A DNA stretch of 62,818 nt, filler included, from Chiloscyllium plagiosum (taxonomy: Eukaryota): NCBI RefSeq assembly GCF_004010195.1. It is 6 parts of 2 records of this genome, joined end to end, with 100 filler letters (N's around TTAATTAATTAA, not from the genome) between each part and the next. Parts side by side here need not be neighbours in the genome. Positions count along the whole stretch, not along the records: positions 5,457 to 22,363 come from NC_057715.1; positions 22,464 to 33,499 come from NC_057715.1; 4 more parts are not named here. One strand, written 5' to 3'. Under the pieces are notes generated by a model that saw only the letters and a list, made by a program, of their open reading frames with translations, had not been told where the DNA came from and made no database searches. Every line of letters starts with the position of its first letter. Within the stretch, counting starts at the first letter, position 1. The translations under genes and the position numbers were made by a program. This document shows positions 12,596-25,442 of the stretch, in pieces.

Positions 12596-12984
12596 CACCA
12601 GAGATCTGCAATTACTGGCCAATACCCCCCACCCCCCCCCCACCGTCTGCTGAAGATCCTGGGGCAAAGCAGCCTCCACTTGGCAGGGCTGCGCGTGGCC
12701 ATTTCACAGACCCCGTGCTATTCCTTTGAGACCAGGCCATCAAATGGCTCTGATATTGGCTTAAAAGTGCATGCCAGGTTCCTCTGGGGCTGCCCTGTAG
12801 GGGCTAATGTGGGGTAGGTGGGGCTGGAGGGGGCAATGCTCAGAGAGAGGGAAATACAGGGAGGGGTGGGGGAACAGTGAGAAAAGATGAGGGAGTGGGG
12901 GCGTTGAAGTCGTGGGGTTGGGGGTGTGGACAGGGTGGGAGTTGGGGCGGGGTTGGGGTTGTGAGTTGGGGGTGATGTGAGAGA

Positions 12985-13106
12985 TCCGATGTTTCGGGCA
13001 TTAGCTCTTCTTCAGGAATTCAGGGCTTATGCCCGAAACGTCGATTCTCCTGTTCCCTGGATGCTGCCTGACCTGCTGCGCTTTTCCAGCAACACATTTT
13101 CAGCTC
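12985..13106 (+). mobile_element. Penelope-like fold-back fragment (family A), cut by N gap
   Basis: gatgtttcgggcatt...tcttcagg / gggcttatgcccgaaacgtcg...ttttcagctc, same family as 24871 and 28491. Confidence 0.75.
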
Positions 13107-13523
13107 NNNNNNNNNNNNNNNNNNNNNNNNNNNNNNNNNNNNNNNNNNNNNNNNNNNNNNNNNNNNNNNNNNNNNNNNNNNNNNNNNNNNNNNNNNNNNN
13201 NNNNNNNNNNNNNNNNNNNNNNNNNNNNNNNNNNNNNNNNNNNNNNNNNNNNNNNNNNNNNNNNNNNNNNNNNNNNNNNNNNNNNNNNNNNNNNNNNNNN
13301 NNNNNNNNNNNNNNNNNNNNNNNNNNNNNNNNNNNNNNNNNNNNNNNNNNNNNNNNNNNNNNNNNNNNNNNNNNNNNNNNNNNNNNNNNNNNNNNNNNNN
13401 NNNNNNNNNNNNNNNNNNNNNNNNNNNNNNNNNNNNNNNNNNNNNNNNNNNNNNNNNNNNNNNNNNNNNNNNNNNNNNNNNNNNNNNNNNNNNNNNNNNN
13501 NNNNNNNNNNNNNNNNNNNNNNN

Positions 13524-13807
13524 GTTTAGGGTGAGAGGGGAAAGATATAAAAGAGACCTAAGGGGCAACTTTTTCACACAGAGGGTGGTACGTGTATGGA
13601 ATGAGCTGCCAGAGGATATGGTGGAGGCTGGTACAATTGCAACATTTAAGAGGCATTTGGATGGGTATATGAATAGGAAGGGTTTGGAGGGATATGGGCC
13701 GGGTGCTGGCAGGTGGGACAGATTGGGTTGGGATATCTGGTCGGTATGGACGGGTTGGACCGAAGGGTCTGTTTCTGTGCTGTAATCTCTATGACTCTAT
13801 GACTCTA
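13524..13807 (+). mobile_element. CR1 LINE 3' end
   Basis: Encodes RGNFFTQRVVRVWNELP; tail ctctatgactctatgactcta. Confidence 0.9.
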
Positions 13808-16800
13808 ATCAGGTGGCCTCTCTGGAACACTAATGAGTATTAACCAATCGGTGATCTTGGGTCATGGCAACGAGGGGGACTCTCATCCTGGACCCTTGTG
13901 TAAATTCCTGCAATAGCTTCCAAAGGACAGAGCCTGAGTATAACCTCTCCCTGAGTCCAACCTGTCCCTCAGACAGTGCAGCCCTCTCTCCCTCCTGCAC
14001 TGGGCACAGCCACTTGGAGTTTAGCTTCAGGCTTTCGAAGTGGGACTGACCCTGAGGTGAGAGGCTGCAGGACTGATACCAAGCCTGAGAAACCTGACCC
14101 AGAGAAGCCAGAGAATCAGGGGCTGTTGGCCTTTGAGCAGAAGTGGAGAGTTCGCCCAGGTCCCAGAATGAGAGAGGGCTTTCTGGAATAAATAACTAAA
14201 AGGAGGAAGTGTTACCATGGTCAGAGGCACAGTGACTGGGGAGTGAAGATCAAAGGGAATCAGATGAAGAACTTGGAGCCAGAGAGGATCATTCACGTGC
14301 CGTGGGATGATGCAATCTGAAGGGAAGCAGGTTCAGCTTTCGAAAGGGAACTGGGTAAATGTTTGAAGTGAATTATGTTACAGGGCAATCAGAATGAAGC
14401 TCCAAATCAGACCCCAGCTGGAATACTGTGAACAGGCTTGGACCCCTTATCGAAGGAAAGATCAGATGGTATCAGAGCCTGGCCAGAGAATGTTCACTCA
14501 GCTGATCCTGGCAATGGAGGGATTTTCTTATGAGGAGAGTCATAGAGTCATACAGCACCGAAACAGCCCCTTCTGTCCAACTCATCCGTGCTGACCAGGT
14601 CTAGTCCCACTTGCCAGCATTTTCCCTATCCCCCTCGAAACCCTTCCTACTCATGCCCCTTGGGGTGGTGACCTGGACCCTTTGAGGTTTTGAGAATGAG
14701 AGGTGACCTTTTATTGAAACATTCTATACTGTGCAGGGGCTTCAGACTCAATGCACAAAGGTCATTTCTTGTTGTAGGAGAGTCTCAGAACAGGAGGAGT
14801 AATCACTGTGAGGGGACACAAATTGAAAACAGAGCTGAGGAGGAATTTCTTCTCTCTAAGGGGAGTGAATCTGTGCAATTCTTCCCCAAAGAGAGGTGTC
14901 GAGGCTGGGTGTATTCAAGACTGAGAGAGAGCGATGTTTAATCAGGAAGGGAATCAAGGGTTAGGGGGGAAAGGCAGGAACATGGAGTTGAGGCTGATTG
15001 GGTCAATCATGATCTCATTGTATAGCAGAGCAGATGTGATGGACTGAATGGCTTGCAGCTGCTCCTGTGTGGTATGGTCTTACACAGGCATGGCTGGCCC
15101 AATGGGATTCTTACCCACTCAGCTGATTTGATCGGGCAGCGTTAGAGACGACGTGATCAGTGCAATGTGAGTCTTCAGGACCCAAAGAAACTGCCCCTGG
15201 GCTCTGGAGTGGAGGGAGGGATTGTGTATAATTCACCGGGCAGTAAAATAAAGTCAAGGGACGTGTTTCCCAAACGGACAGGACATGTTTCCCAAACGGA
15301 CAGGACATGTTTCAGGGATCAGACTAGGAAGAAAAACTGGAGAACAAAACCAAAACTTCCAAATTCTCCAGAATTTCAGTCAGAGCTGAGAAACGATTTG
15401 CTTAATGCAACATTTCCCCACCTCAGCATCACCATCTGAAACTATCTCTCCCTAAAACACATGGTTAATCCCAAAGCTCCAGGGATTTAACCGATCCTGT
15501 GTTCACAGCTGAGGCACCTGGAACCTGATGGTTAGCTTCATCTCTTTGATGTTAGTATTGATATTGGGAATGAAGCCTGTTCTGATTCAGTTAAACGGTG
15601 GGGCTGTGATGGAAAACCTCAGAGACTGTTCTTGAGTGAGGAAGGGTAAGGGATTGAATAAGGCAGCGGTGATTGGGAGACATTGGTGGTCTGCAGGGGC
15701 TGGAGGTCCTGTCAGAATGACACGGTGACCATATTTCAACACCTCCTCAGATGGAGCCTGACCTTAACCCACCTGAGAGAGGTTAATATCATCTAGAAGG
15801 ACAAGAGGCAGCAGATAGATGGGAACACCACCCCCTGCAAGTTCCCCTCCAAGTCACTCCCCATCCTGACTTGGAAATATCTCACTGTTCCTTCAGTGTG
15901 GCTGGGTCAGAATCCTGGAATTCCCTCCCTTGTGGGTCTACCCACAGCACATGGACTGCAGCGGGTCAAGAGGGCAGCTCTCCATGTTCATGATGTTAAT
16001 CACCAGAGTTAGAAGGTTTGCTCCAACAGTGTCCACGGACATACATTTCTCTTTAGAATTTTATTTCAACTTTCACATTACAAGAGCCCCATCACACTGT
16101 TACCTGTTCTCCACATTGACACACCCAGTTCCTCCACAATTATCCCTTCATTAACATATAACCATGGCTTATTCCACAGCTCCAAGGTATCTCTATCAGA
16201 CCCACTCCAGCGACATGGTATCAGTAAGGGATGGGCGTTAGCTGCTGGCCTGGGCATACCCTGGGAGGAAGGAGGTCTATAATTGCTCTCATATTCCTGT
16301 TCACTGGCTTGTGTGTGGTCACTGGCCCCCAGCCTCAATGGGGACATGAGCTTTTGTTATCCCAGGAACTGGGGGTGTTTGGGAATCGCTAATGACTCAG
16401 TTTGTGATGTCAAGAAGCAAAAAGTTCAATCTGCTTGGCCCAAAGCTGTCATGCTCCAAATGTCTGAGAATAGAACATCTTTGATGGTGTCTGCTCCCCA
16501 GGATCAGTGATGGGCAGAACCGAGCAGAGTGTCAAAACTGCACTGTCACACTCTCAGGAATATCGTGTGAAATCTATTAGAATCGAGGAAACAGGTGAAA
16601 CACAGCCAACAAGGTCATTTTAATCCTCCTCTAATCCAATGGTATCCATTTTCACATTGATTTTCACTGATCTGTTAGTTGAGACATGTTCTGACCTGCA
16701 GACCTGGGATTATTCCGGTGACTGTACTGTCACAATAACAAATCCAGACTGGGATCAGGCTGGGATCAGGCCCTGTGTGCTGTGAATGATCTGGGACGGG

Positions 16801-16865
16801 GGTGGATTGAGAAAACAGCTCAGTAAAACTGTGTCCCCAGCTTTTTATTTTGGTTCTGTTTTCAG

Positions 16866-17017
16866 GCACTGAAAGTCCATCTGGGAGCAGATCGGTGATC
16901 TCCGAATATACCCGGCCCCTTCAGTCATCCGGTGGGAAGTCAGAGTTGCTGTCTGCCAAGCCAACCCTCCTGTCTCAATCCACACTGGGCAGCCCAAGGC
17001 ATAGCCAGCTCCCTGAG
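16866..17017 (+). CDS. RIMBP2: RIMBP2 exon (GTESPSGSRSVISEYTRPLQ...LSAKPTLLSQ...PE)
   Basis: ttctgttttcag| and |gtcagt, 152 nt, phase 1/0. Shares the EYxRPL and LSAKPT motifs with RIMBP2. Confidence 0.87.
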
Positions 17018-17154
17018 GTCAGTCCACATCCTGTTACTCAATAGCAGCAATGATCCAACAATCAGATTTAGGACAATGTGTGAAACCAGCTCACACAGTG
17101 AGCACACTAATCCTGCTGGAGCTGTCACATGAAACTCCTAGTCATTAGCACACT

Positions 17155-17797
17155 CAGGTGGATAGTGCTGTTAAGAAGGTATACAGTGTGTTGGGTTTCA
17201 TTGGGAGAGGGATTGAGTTCTGGAGCCACAATATCATGCTGCAACTGTACAAAGCGCTGGTGCGGCCGGACTTGGAATATTGTGTACAGTTCTGGTCGCC
17301 TCATTACAGGAGGGATGTGGAAGCATTGGAAAAGGGGCAAAGGAGATTTACCAGGATGTTGCCTGGTCTGGAGGGAAGGTCTTATGAGGAAAGGCTGAGA
17401 GACTTGGGTCTGTTCTTATTGGAAAGAAGGCAGCTAAGGGGAGATTTGATAGAGGCATACAAGATGATCAGAGGATTAGATAGGATAGACAGTGAAAGAC
17501 CTTTTCCTAGGATGATGATGTCAGCGTGTACGAGGAGGCATGACTACAAATTGAGGGGTGATAGATTTAAGACAGATGTCAGAGGCAGGTTCTTTACACA
17601 GAGAATGGTAAGGACATGGAATGCCCTAACTGCTAATGTAGTCAACTCAGCCACATTAGGGAGATTTAAACAATCCTTAGATAAGCACATGGATGATGAT
17701 GGGATAGTAGGGGGATGGGCTTAGATTAGTTCACAGGTCAACGCAACATTGAGGACCAAAGGGCCTGTTCTGCGTTGTATTGTTCTATGTTCTATGA
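17155..17797 (+). mobile_element. CR1 LINE ORF2 C-terminus and 3' tail
   Basis: LYKALVRPDLEYCVQFWSP...RGDLIEAYK...FFTQRMVRTWNAL; tail tattgttctatgttctatg. Confidence 0.92.
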
Positions 17798-18014
17798 GAT
17801 CTGCACAGTCCAGCAGGATCCCACGGAATCATTTGTTGCAATCAGATTAGGAAAGTTTTCCTTGCTAATGTTTCATTCTGAAATGATCATTTCTCCTGTA
17901 AGTCAGGGCAAATCACTTTAATTTCAGGTCATTGTCCAATTGAGTGCTGCTCATCTTTTCACACTCTCTGAAACGAATGATGACAGAAGGTATCCAACGA
18001 AGGAAGATGACCTT

Positions 18015-19440
18015 GTAGACAATAGGTACAGGAGTAGGCCATTCTGCCCTTCGAGTCTGCACCACCATTCAATATGATCATGGCTGATCATCCTTAATCA
18101 GTATCCTGTTCCTGCCTTATCTCCATAACCCTTGATTCCACTATCCTTGAGAGCTCTATCCAACTCTTTCTTAAGTGAATCCAGACACTGGGCCTCCACT
18201 GCCCTCTGGGGCAGAGCATTCCACACAGCCACCACTCTCTGGGTGAAGAAGTTTCTCCTCATCTCTGTCCTAAATGGTCTACCCCATTATTTTAAGCTGT
18301 GTCCTCTGGTTCAGCGCTCATCCATCAGCGGAAACATGTTTCCTGCCTCCAGAGTGTCCAATCCTTTAATAATCTTATATGTCTCAATCAGATCCCCTCT
18401 CAGTCTTCTAAACTCAAGGGTATACAAGCCCAGTCGCTCCAATCTTTCAGCGTAAGGTAGTCCCGCCATTCCAGGAATTGACCTCGTGAACCTACGCTGC
18501 ACTCCCTGCCCTGTACAACTGCAGAAGNNNNNNNNNNNNNNNNNNNNNNNNNNNNNNNNNNNNNNNNNNNNNNNNNNNNNNNNNNNNNNNNNNNNNNNNN
18601 NNNNNNNNNNNNNNNNNNNNNNNNNNNNNNNNNNNNNNNNNNNNNNNNNNNNNNNNNNNNNNNNNNNNNNNNNNNNNNNNNNNNNNNNNNNNNNNNNNNN
18701 NNNNNNNNNNNNNNNNNNNNNNNNNNNNNNNNNNNNNNNNNNNNNNNNNNNNNNNNNNNNNNNNNNNNNNNNNNNNNNNNNNNNNNNNNNNNNNNNNNNN
18801 NNNNNNNNNNNNNNNNNNNNNNNNNNNNNNNNNNNNNNNNNNNNNNNNNNNNNNNNNNNNNNNNNNNNNNNNNNNNNNNNNNNNNNNNNNNNNNNNNNNN
18901 NNNNNNNNNNNNNNNNNNNNNNNNNNNNNNNNNNNNNNNNNNNNNNNNNNNNNNNNNNNNNNNNNNNNNNNNNNNNNNNNNNNNNNNNNNNNNNNNNNNN
19001 NNNNNNNNNNNNNNNNNNNNNNNNNNNNNNNNNNNNNNNNNNNNNNNNNNNNNNNNNNNNNNNNNNNNNNNNNNNNNNNNNNNNNNNNNNNNNNNNNNNN
19101 NNATGATTTCCCCTTCATAAATCCATGCTGACTCTGACCTATCCTGTTACTGCTATCCAGATGTGTCGTAATTTCATCCTTTATAATAGACTCCAGCATC
19201 TTTCCCACCACTGAGGTCAGACTAACTGGTCTATAATTTCCTGCTTTCTCTCTCACTTCTTTCTTAAAAAGAGGCACAACATTAGCCACCCTCCAATCCA
19301 TAGGAACTGATCCCGAATCTATCAAACTCTGGAAAATAATCACCAACGCATTCACGATTTCCAGAGCCACCTCCTTCCGTACCCTGGGATGTAGACCATC
19401 AGGCCCTGGGAACTTATCAACCTTCAGACCTAACAGTCTC
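18015..19440 (-). mobile_element. CR1 LINE RT region to 3' end (spans N gap)
   Basis: DWRVANVVPLFKK..GNYRPVSLTSVVGK..QHGF and ERLGLYTLEFRRLRGDLIE; tail ctattgtcta. Confidence 0.9.
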
Positions 19441-19489
19441 TGGGATGTGGTTTTATCTAAAGCTAAAGTACACTCTGGTGTCTAAAAAT

Positions 19490-19956
19490 CTCTTTCCTGA
19501 CTCCATCCTGGGATACATATCCTCTTTCCTGAGACCACCCTGGGGTATATATCTTCTTTCCTGAGACCACCCTGGGGAACATATCCTCTTTCCTGAGACC
19601 ATCCTGGGGTACATATCCTCTTTCCTGAGACCACCCTGGGGTACATATCCTCTTTCCGGTACATATCCTCTTTCCTGAGACCACCCTGGGGTACATATCC
19701 TCTTTCCTGACTCCATCCTGGGGTACATATCCTCTTTCCTGAGACCACCCTGGGATACATATCCTCTTTCCTGAGACCACCCTGGGGTACATATCCTCTT
19801 TCCTGAGACTATCCTGGGGTACATATCTTCTTTCCTGAGACTATCCTGGGGTACATATCCTCTTTCCTGAGACTATCCTGGGGTACATATCCTCTTTCCT
19901 GAAACTACCCTGGGGTACATATCCTCTTTCCTGACTCTATCCTGGGATACATATCC
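19490..19956. repeat. 32-bp minisatellite (tcctctttcctgagaccaccctggggtacata)n, ~14 copies
   Basis: Period 32 read directly (e.g. 19741 vs 19773). Confidence 0.92.
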
Positions 19957-20444
19957 TCGTTGACACATTCCACTCCAGTTTAATGTTCCTAGGATAAGCA
20001 CGCAGACACGTTAAGGAATGGGTTTCTACTCCGTCTGAGAGATTGTAGGTTGGGGTGAACACATCTGAGAGGAAGAGGGACACACACATGGTGTGGATGT
20101 TCAATCCACTCTTTACCACAGTCAGATTCTTCGAGAGCAAAATCTGTTCAGAAACTCCCTGGGGTGCCAGCCTTCTGGGCTCTGTCTGGTTAAACAACCA
20201 CTGGGAAGGTATCTGAGAGAGCCAGGAGAGGAATCCAGAAAGTATCACGCTCACCTCTCCAGCTGTCGTGACAAAGTTTGTGATTGGAGGATCTATTGGA
20301 AAGATGTTTCAGCCAGAGTTTGTGGAGGGAGTTGTGAGGGAGCTTTGAGCAGTGCTGCTGACCTCTGACTCTCTTCTTGCTGTTGGACTGACATTACAAC
20401 AATCATTTCTGGAATCAGCAAGGAAACAAGAGACATCCAAAGAT

Positions 20445-20680
20445 CTGGAGGTTAGGGTGAATTGGCCATGGTAAATTGCCCACAGTGTTCAGGGATGTGT
20501 AGGTTGGGGTGAATTGGCCATGGTAAATTGCCCACAGTGTTCAGGGATGTGGAGATTAGGTGCATTATTCAGGGGTAAATGTGAAGTAATGGGGAATGGG
20601 TCTGGGTAGGATACACTTCAGAGGGTCAGTGTGGAGTTGTTGGGCCAAAGGGCATGTGTCCACACTGTAGTGGTTGTAAT
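20445..20680 (+). mobile_element. HE1/V-SINE-like 3' half with internal tandem duplication
   Basis: gggtgaattggccatggtaaattgcccacagtgttcagggatgtg occurs twice, then gggccaaagggc tail. Confidence 0.65.
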
Positions 20681-21794
20681 TCAGTACCTGTAACAGTTAG
20701 AGATTGCTTCACTGAACTTTTCAGTATTAGATTTTGAAGTGAAATTATTTAATCCAAAATAAGAATTCCTAAAGCAAATGCCCCAACAAGATTGGCTGAG
20801 ACTCATCTTAATTTACCTTCCAAACCCACGCCCACTTCCATCTAGAAGGACAAGGACAGCAGATACATGGGAACACCAGCCCCTGCAAGTTCCTCTCCAA
20901 GCCCCTCACCATCCTGACTTGGAAATATATCGCCATTCGTTCACTGTCGCTGGGTCAGAATCCTGGAATTCCCTCCCTCAGGGCATTGTGGGTCTACCCA
21001 CTGCACATGGACTGCAGCGGGTCAAGAAGGCAGCTCACCCCCACCTTCTCAAGGGGCAACTAGGGACGGGCAATAAATGCTAGGCCCAGCCAGTGATGCC
21101 CACATCCTGGAAACTCATGGTATCAATTATCATGTCCTTGGTTTTTGAGTCAAAGATAGACTGGCACTTTAATCCACCCTTCCCCCATGTCTGCTGCGCC
21201 AGTCCTATCAGGAGGGGTATGTGAGAGATGAGAGCAGTGCTGCGGAGTGGGTGTGCTGAGAGTGAGTTAGACGCTGGGTTTACACACAGGACAGCAGGAC
21301 CAGCTGTTCAGCTGGGGCGTGTGGAATTGGGGGAAGGATAGGCATTGGTGGGGGTGGGGGGGCTATGGTTTGGAGATGGGGTGATGGTGAGAAATGATCA
21401 TTGGGGATAGAGAGGGTGGAGAGTTAGATGTGTTGTGGGAGTGAGGAGCCTGAGGCTGGGGTCTGTATATTGGAGTGTCCTGCTGCCCAGTTGAATATTT
21501 ATCCCCTAATCAAAATAATTAATAGATATGTAATAGTTATTACATTGCTGTTCTTTGGGATCTTGCTTTGCACCCATTATTTGTGACATTTCCTACTCCA
21601 GTTGAGACAATATTCCACCGGCTGTGATGTGTTTTGAGGTCATTAAGGTACATGCGAGTTAGCATCACAAATCCAGGGTCTCCTTTTATTGGAACCTTCC
21701 TGCTCCAACACCCTCGCTCCATCAGAGCTCAGCCAGATGTGGGCATGCTCCTCAGTCTGTTTTGAGGAGACCTCCTCGTTTTCAGAACGGTGTC

Positions 21795-22055
21795 TGTAAC
21801 TACCTGGATTATCCCTGCTACCTTTCTTCAACAAGGGGACAGCATTAATCATTCTCCAGTCCTCCGGGACCTCACCCATGTTCAAGGATGCTGCAAAGGT
21901 ATCTGTTAAAGCCCCAGCTATTTCCTCTCTCGCTTCCCTCATTAACCTGGGATAGATCCCACCCAGACCTGGGGACTTGTCCACCTTAATGTCTTTTAGA
22001 ATACCCAGCACTTCCTCCCTCTTTATGCTGACTTGACCGAGAGTAATCAAACATT
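21795..22055 (-). mobile_element. CR1 ORF2 fragment
   Basis: KVDKSPGLGGIYPRLMREAREEIAGAL...PEDWRMINAVPLLKKGSRDNPGSYR. Confidence 0.85.
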
Positions 22056-22057
22056 TA

Positions 22058-22363
22058 GGGTGTAGGTTTGCTCGCTAAGCTATAGGTTTGATATCCAGAC
22101 GTTTCATTACCTGGCTAGGTAACATCATCAGGGCGGACCTCCAAGTGAAGCGAAGCTGTTGTCCCCTGCTTTCTATTTATATGTTTGTCCTGGATGGGGT
22201 TCCTGGGGTTTGTAGTGATGTCATTTCCTATTCATTTTCTGAGGGGTTGGTAGATGGTATCTAGATCTATGTGTTTGTTTATGGCGTTGTGGTTGGAGTA
22301 CCAGGCCTCTAGGAATTCTCTGGCATGTCTTTGCTTAGCCTGTCCCAGGATAGATGTGTTGTC
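22058..22363 (-). mobile_element. Penelope-like (Poseidon-type) 3' end with hammerhead core
   Basis: Minus strand reads CTGATGA-t-GTTACCT-agcc-AGGTAAT-GAAAC-GTC (22095-22134). Upstream coding remnant ILGQAKQRHAREFLEAWYS resembles a PLE endonuclease C-terminus. Confidence 0.75.
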
Positions 22364-22463
22364 NNNNNNNNNNNNNNNNNNNNNNNNNNNNNNNNNNNNN
22401 NNNNNNNTTAATTAATTAANNNNNNNNNNNNNNNNNNNNNNNNNNNNNNNNNNNNNNNNNNNN

Positions 22464-22665
22464 ATAGGAAGGAGACCAGAATTGCACACAATATTCCAAC
22501 AGTGGCCTAACCAATGTCCTGTACAGTCGCAACATGACCTCCCAACTCCTACACTCAATACTCTGACCAATAAATTGTGATAGTCCCACCTCCTCCAGAA
22601 CTGGTCCCAATGCCCCAAAAATCTGAACCCTTCCCTCCTGCACCATCTCTCAAGTCACACGTTCA
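22464..22665 (-). mobile_element. CR1 fragments (ORF2 piece joined to ORF1 esterase piece)
   Basis: LYRTLVRPLLEYCVQFWSP next to WCRREGFRFLGHWDQFW. Confidence 0.7.
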
Positions 22666-22794
22666 TCCTCACCTTCACTTATCTCGCAATTCAGATCATG
22701 TTGTAGGAATTAAATCACTATCAGTGACTACTTATAGATTTCTATCTGTAACCAAGATCATCAAAGCAGGTTTTTACTTTTTTAACAATACAAA

Positions 22795-23002
22795 AAGGAA
22801 CAGCAGATACTGGAAATCTGAAGCAACCAAAAGCAGAAATTGCTGGAGAAACTCAGCAGGTTTGGCTGCATCTGTGGAGAGAGAAACAGAGTTAATGTTT
22901 CAAGTCCAGCAACCTTTCTTCAGAACGGAACTCTGTTTTTCTCTCTCCACAGATGGTGCCAGACCTGCTGAGCTTTTCTCGCAATTTCTGCTTTTGGTTG
23001 TT
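22795..23002. mobile_element. Penelope-like fold-back element (family D)
   Basis: gcagaaattgctggagaaactcagcagg...agagaaacagagtt and its inverted copy aactctgtttttctctctccacagatggtgccagacctgctgag. Confidence 0.7.
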
Positions 23003-23437
23003 TTAAAAATTCAATTTAAAAATTTTAAAATTTTAAAATGTGGCATCACTGGCTGGGCCCAGTATTTATTACCCTGTCCCTAGTTACCCCTTGAGAAGGT
23101 GGGGGTGAGCTGCCTTTTTGACCCCCTGCAGTCCATGTGCTGTGGGTAGACCCACAATGCCCTGAGGGAGGGTCCAGGATTCTGACCCAGTGACAGTGAA
23201 GGAACGGTGATATATTTCCAAGTCAGGATGGTGAGGGGCTTGGAGGGGTATACAGGGGGTGGTGTTCCCATGTATCTGCTGCCCTTGTCCTTCTAGATGG
23301 AAGTGGTCACTATTGGACGTGTGAGGGAAAAATACTACAGCAACACTACAGCAAAATACAACACTACGAAAGATTTAATTCTTTGAAATAGCCTTTGAGG
23401 GGATTGATTTGATTACTGGTTTGTTTTGTGATTACAG

Positions 23438-23514
23438 ATGGATGTTGAAGCAGACAGTTCTAACCCCAAAATGAGGTACACAGGAAAGGTGCATTTGTGT
23501 GTAGCCCGGTACAG
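23438..23514 (+). CDS. RIMBP2: RIMBP2 exon (MDVEADSSNPKMRYTGKVHLCVARYS), start of SH3-1
   Basis: attacag| and |gtgagc, 77 nt, phase 0/2. RYxGKVHLCVARYS is characteristic of RIMBP2. Confidence 0.93.
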
Positions 23515-23604
23515 GTGAGCTACTCGTTTGACCATTTGCCGTGTGGGTTTGTAAAGTGATCCAGGCTCCAGGATCACGCCAAGGCTCTGTCATAACAGGT
23601 TAAA

Positions 23605-23845
23605 ATGAAACAACCCAGATGCTGGAAATCTGAAACAAAAACAAGGATCACTGGAGAAACTCAGCAGGTCTGGCAGCATCTGTGGAGAGAGAAGCAGAGT
23701 TAATGTCTTGAGTCTGGTATGACTCTTCTTCAGAAGTGGAGATTGCACCTTCCCAGTTCTGAAGAAGGGTCACAAGACCCAAGACATTAACTCTGTTTCT
23801 CTCTCCACAGATGCTGCCAGACCTGCTGAGTTTCTCCAGTGGGTG
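23605..23845. mobile_element. Penelope-like fold-back element (family D) with degenerate hammerhead core
   Basis: Arms of ~90 bp in inverted orientation; ttCTGAAGAAgggtcacaagaccc at ~23758. Confidence 0.72.
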
Positions 23846-24104
23846 ATTGTAAAGCCAGCTGACTGCTTGAAGAGGTGTCGAGGTGTCTCACCCAGAAGAT
23901 GCTGTGACCTCAGTCTGATCAGAGATTGGACAGCCCGGTGACCTCTTTCCTCTCCCACTGACAGAGTTTTGTCGGAGTCAGTCTTCAGTGTGACCAGTAA
24001 CTGTGAGAGGTTTCAATGTCCATTCCCCAAACACATCACCTCCTTTTTACAGCATGGCACCGCCATCATGTCCATTACCCATGATGCTTCAGTGAGTGGC
24101 TAAT

Positions 24105-24445
24105 TCTCTCTCTGCCTCTCTGTCTATCTCCCTCTCTCACTCACTCTTCCTCTCTTCCTCTCCCCCTCTCTTTCTCTGCCTCTCNNNNNNNNNNNNNNNN
24201 NNNNNNNNNNNNNNNNNNNNNNNNNNNNNNNNNNNNNNNNNNNNNNNNNNNNNNNNNNNNNNNNNNNNNNNNNNNNNNNNNNNNNNNNNNNNNNCCCATC
24301 TCTCTCTCTCTCCCCCCCCTCTCCCTCACTCTCTCCCTCTCTCCCCATCTCTCTCTCTCTCTCTCTCTCTCTCCCCATCTCCCTCTCTATCCCACTCTCT
24401 CTCTCTTACATTCTCCCTCCCTCCCTCTCTCTCTCTCTCGCTCTG
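24105..24445. repeat. (CT)-rich simple repeat spanning an N gap
   Basis: Direct reading. Confidence 0.9.
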
Positions 24446-24870
24446 TCAGGGACCTGGTTTCTCCTATTGTATGTTGGATTGTCCATGATCACTCTCATAG
24501 GCCAGTCTTACTTGGAGCTGACTCTCAGTCTGTGGCTTAAGGAGTCTGTCTGTTAATGTAAGGATTAGCCAATCACTGGACACCACCCCAAAGCAGCCAA
24601 GTTCCCACTCCCGTTTTCATGGGGAGGGGTGGGATAGGGGTGAGGGGGGGAGGGAGAGGTGTTGAAGGGGGAGCTATGGGGCATAACTTGTGGAAACCAT
24701 CTGAATGGCCAAGCAGTGACCACTACCTCACCCGCCACCTTGGACTGTTGCTCTGGTAAGAGATTGTAAACACCTTGTGAGGACAAGGTATAGAGTCCTT
24801 GACTTTTGTAAACACAATTACCTTCCAATTCCAGATGAAGCTTATTTCATTTCTGCCTCTTATTAATCCA

Positions 24871-25065
24871 GAGCTGAAAATGTGTTGCTGGAAAAGCGCA
24901 GCCGGTCAGGCAACATCCAAGGAGCAAGAGAATCAACTTCAGGAATCCTGAAGAAAGGCTCATGCCTGAAACGTCGAATCTCCTCTTTGGATGCTGCCTG
25001 ACCTGCTGCGCTTTTCCAGCAACACATTTCCAGCTCTGATCTCCAGCATCTGCAGTCCTCACTTT
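24871..25065 (+). mobile_element. Penelope-like fold-back insertion (family A), 14-bp TSD
   Basis: TSD ctcttattaatcca at 24857-24870 and 25066-25079. Inverted arm plus a sense arm with CTGAAGA..GAAACGTC and a ~30-nt tail. Confidence 0.85.
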
Positions 25066-25442
25066 CTCTTATTAATCCAATCCTGTAACAATTTTGGAGA
25101 GTTTATTTCGGATTCACAAAGAGAGTTTCTCTGGGTGTCCTCAACATTGACTCCAGGGTCAGTGAGTTCTCATGGCTTCAGGTTAAAGAGGGGGAAGGAA
25201 ACCTCCTGCTGGTTAATGTGTAGCCCCCACCCTCAGCAATGTCAGGATTAATGTGGATTGATCGTCGGGCTGAACTGAAAACTGGCTTGATAGATTATAT
25301 TATGTTTCCATTTCTGGTTTAGTTTTAACAAGACGGTCTCTCACAAAATGCAATGCTGCAGACTTGGTTTTAACAATAAAACAGAAGTTTGTTATGTAAG
25401 ACAATTGAAGATAAAATGGAATAAGACAAACCACTTACATAT

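Noticed and set aside
15264..15313. 22-bp tandem duplication tgtttcccaaacggacaggaca
   Set aside because: Ordinary local slippage with no further structure.
19453..19956. Regular 26-33 bp arrays resembling CRISPR or repeat proteins (also 29288, 31645)
   Set aside because: Head-to-tail tandem units with no unique spacers, no cas genes, and a eukaryotic intron context.
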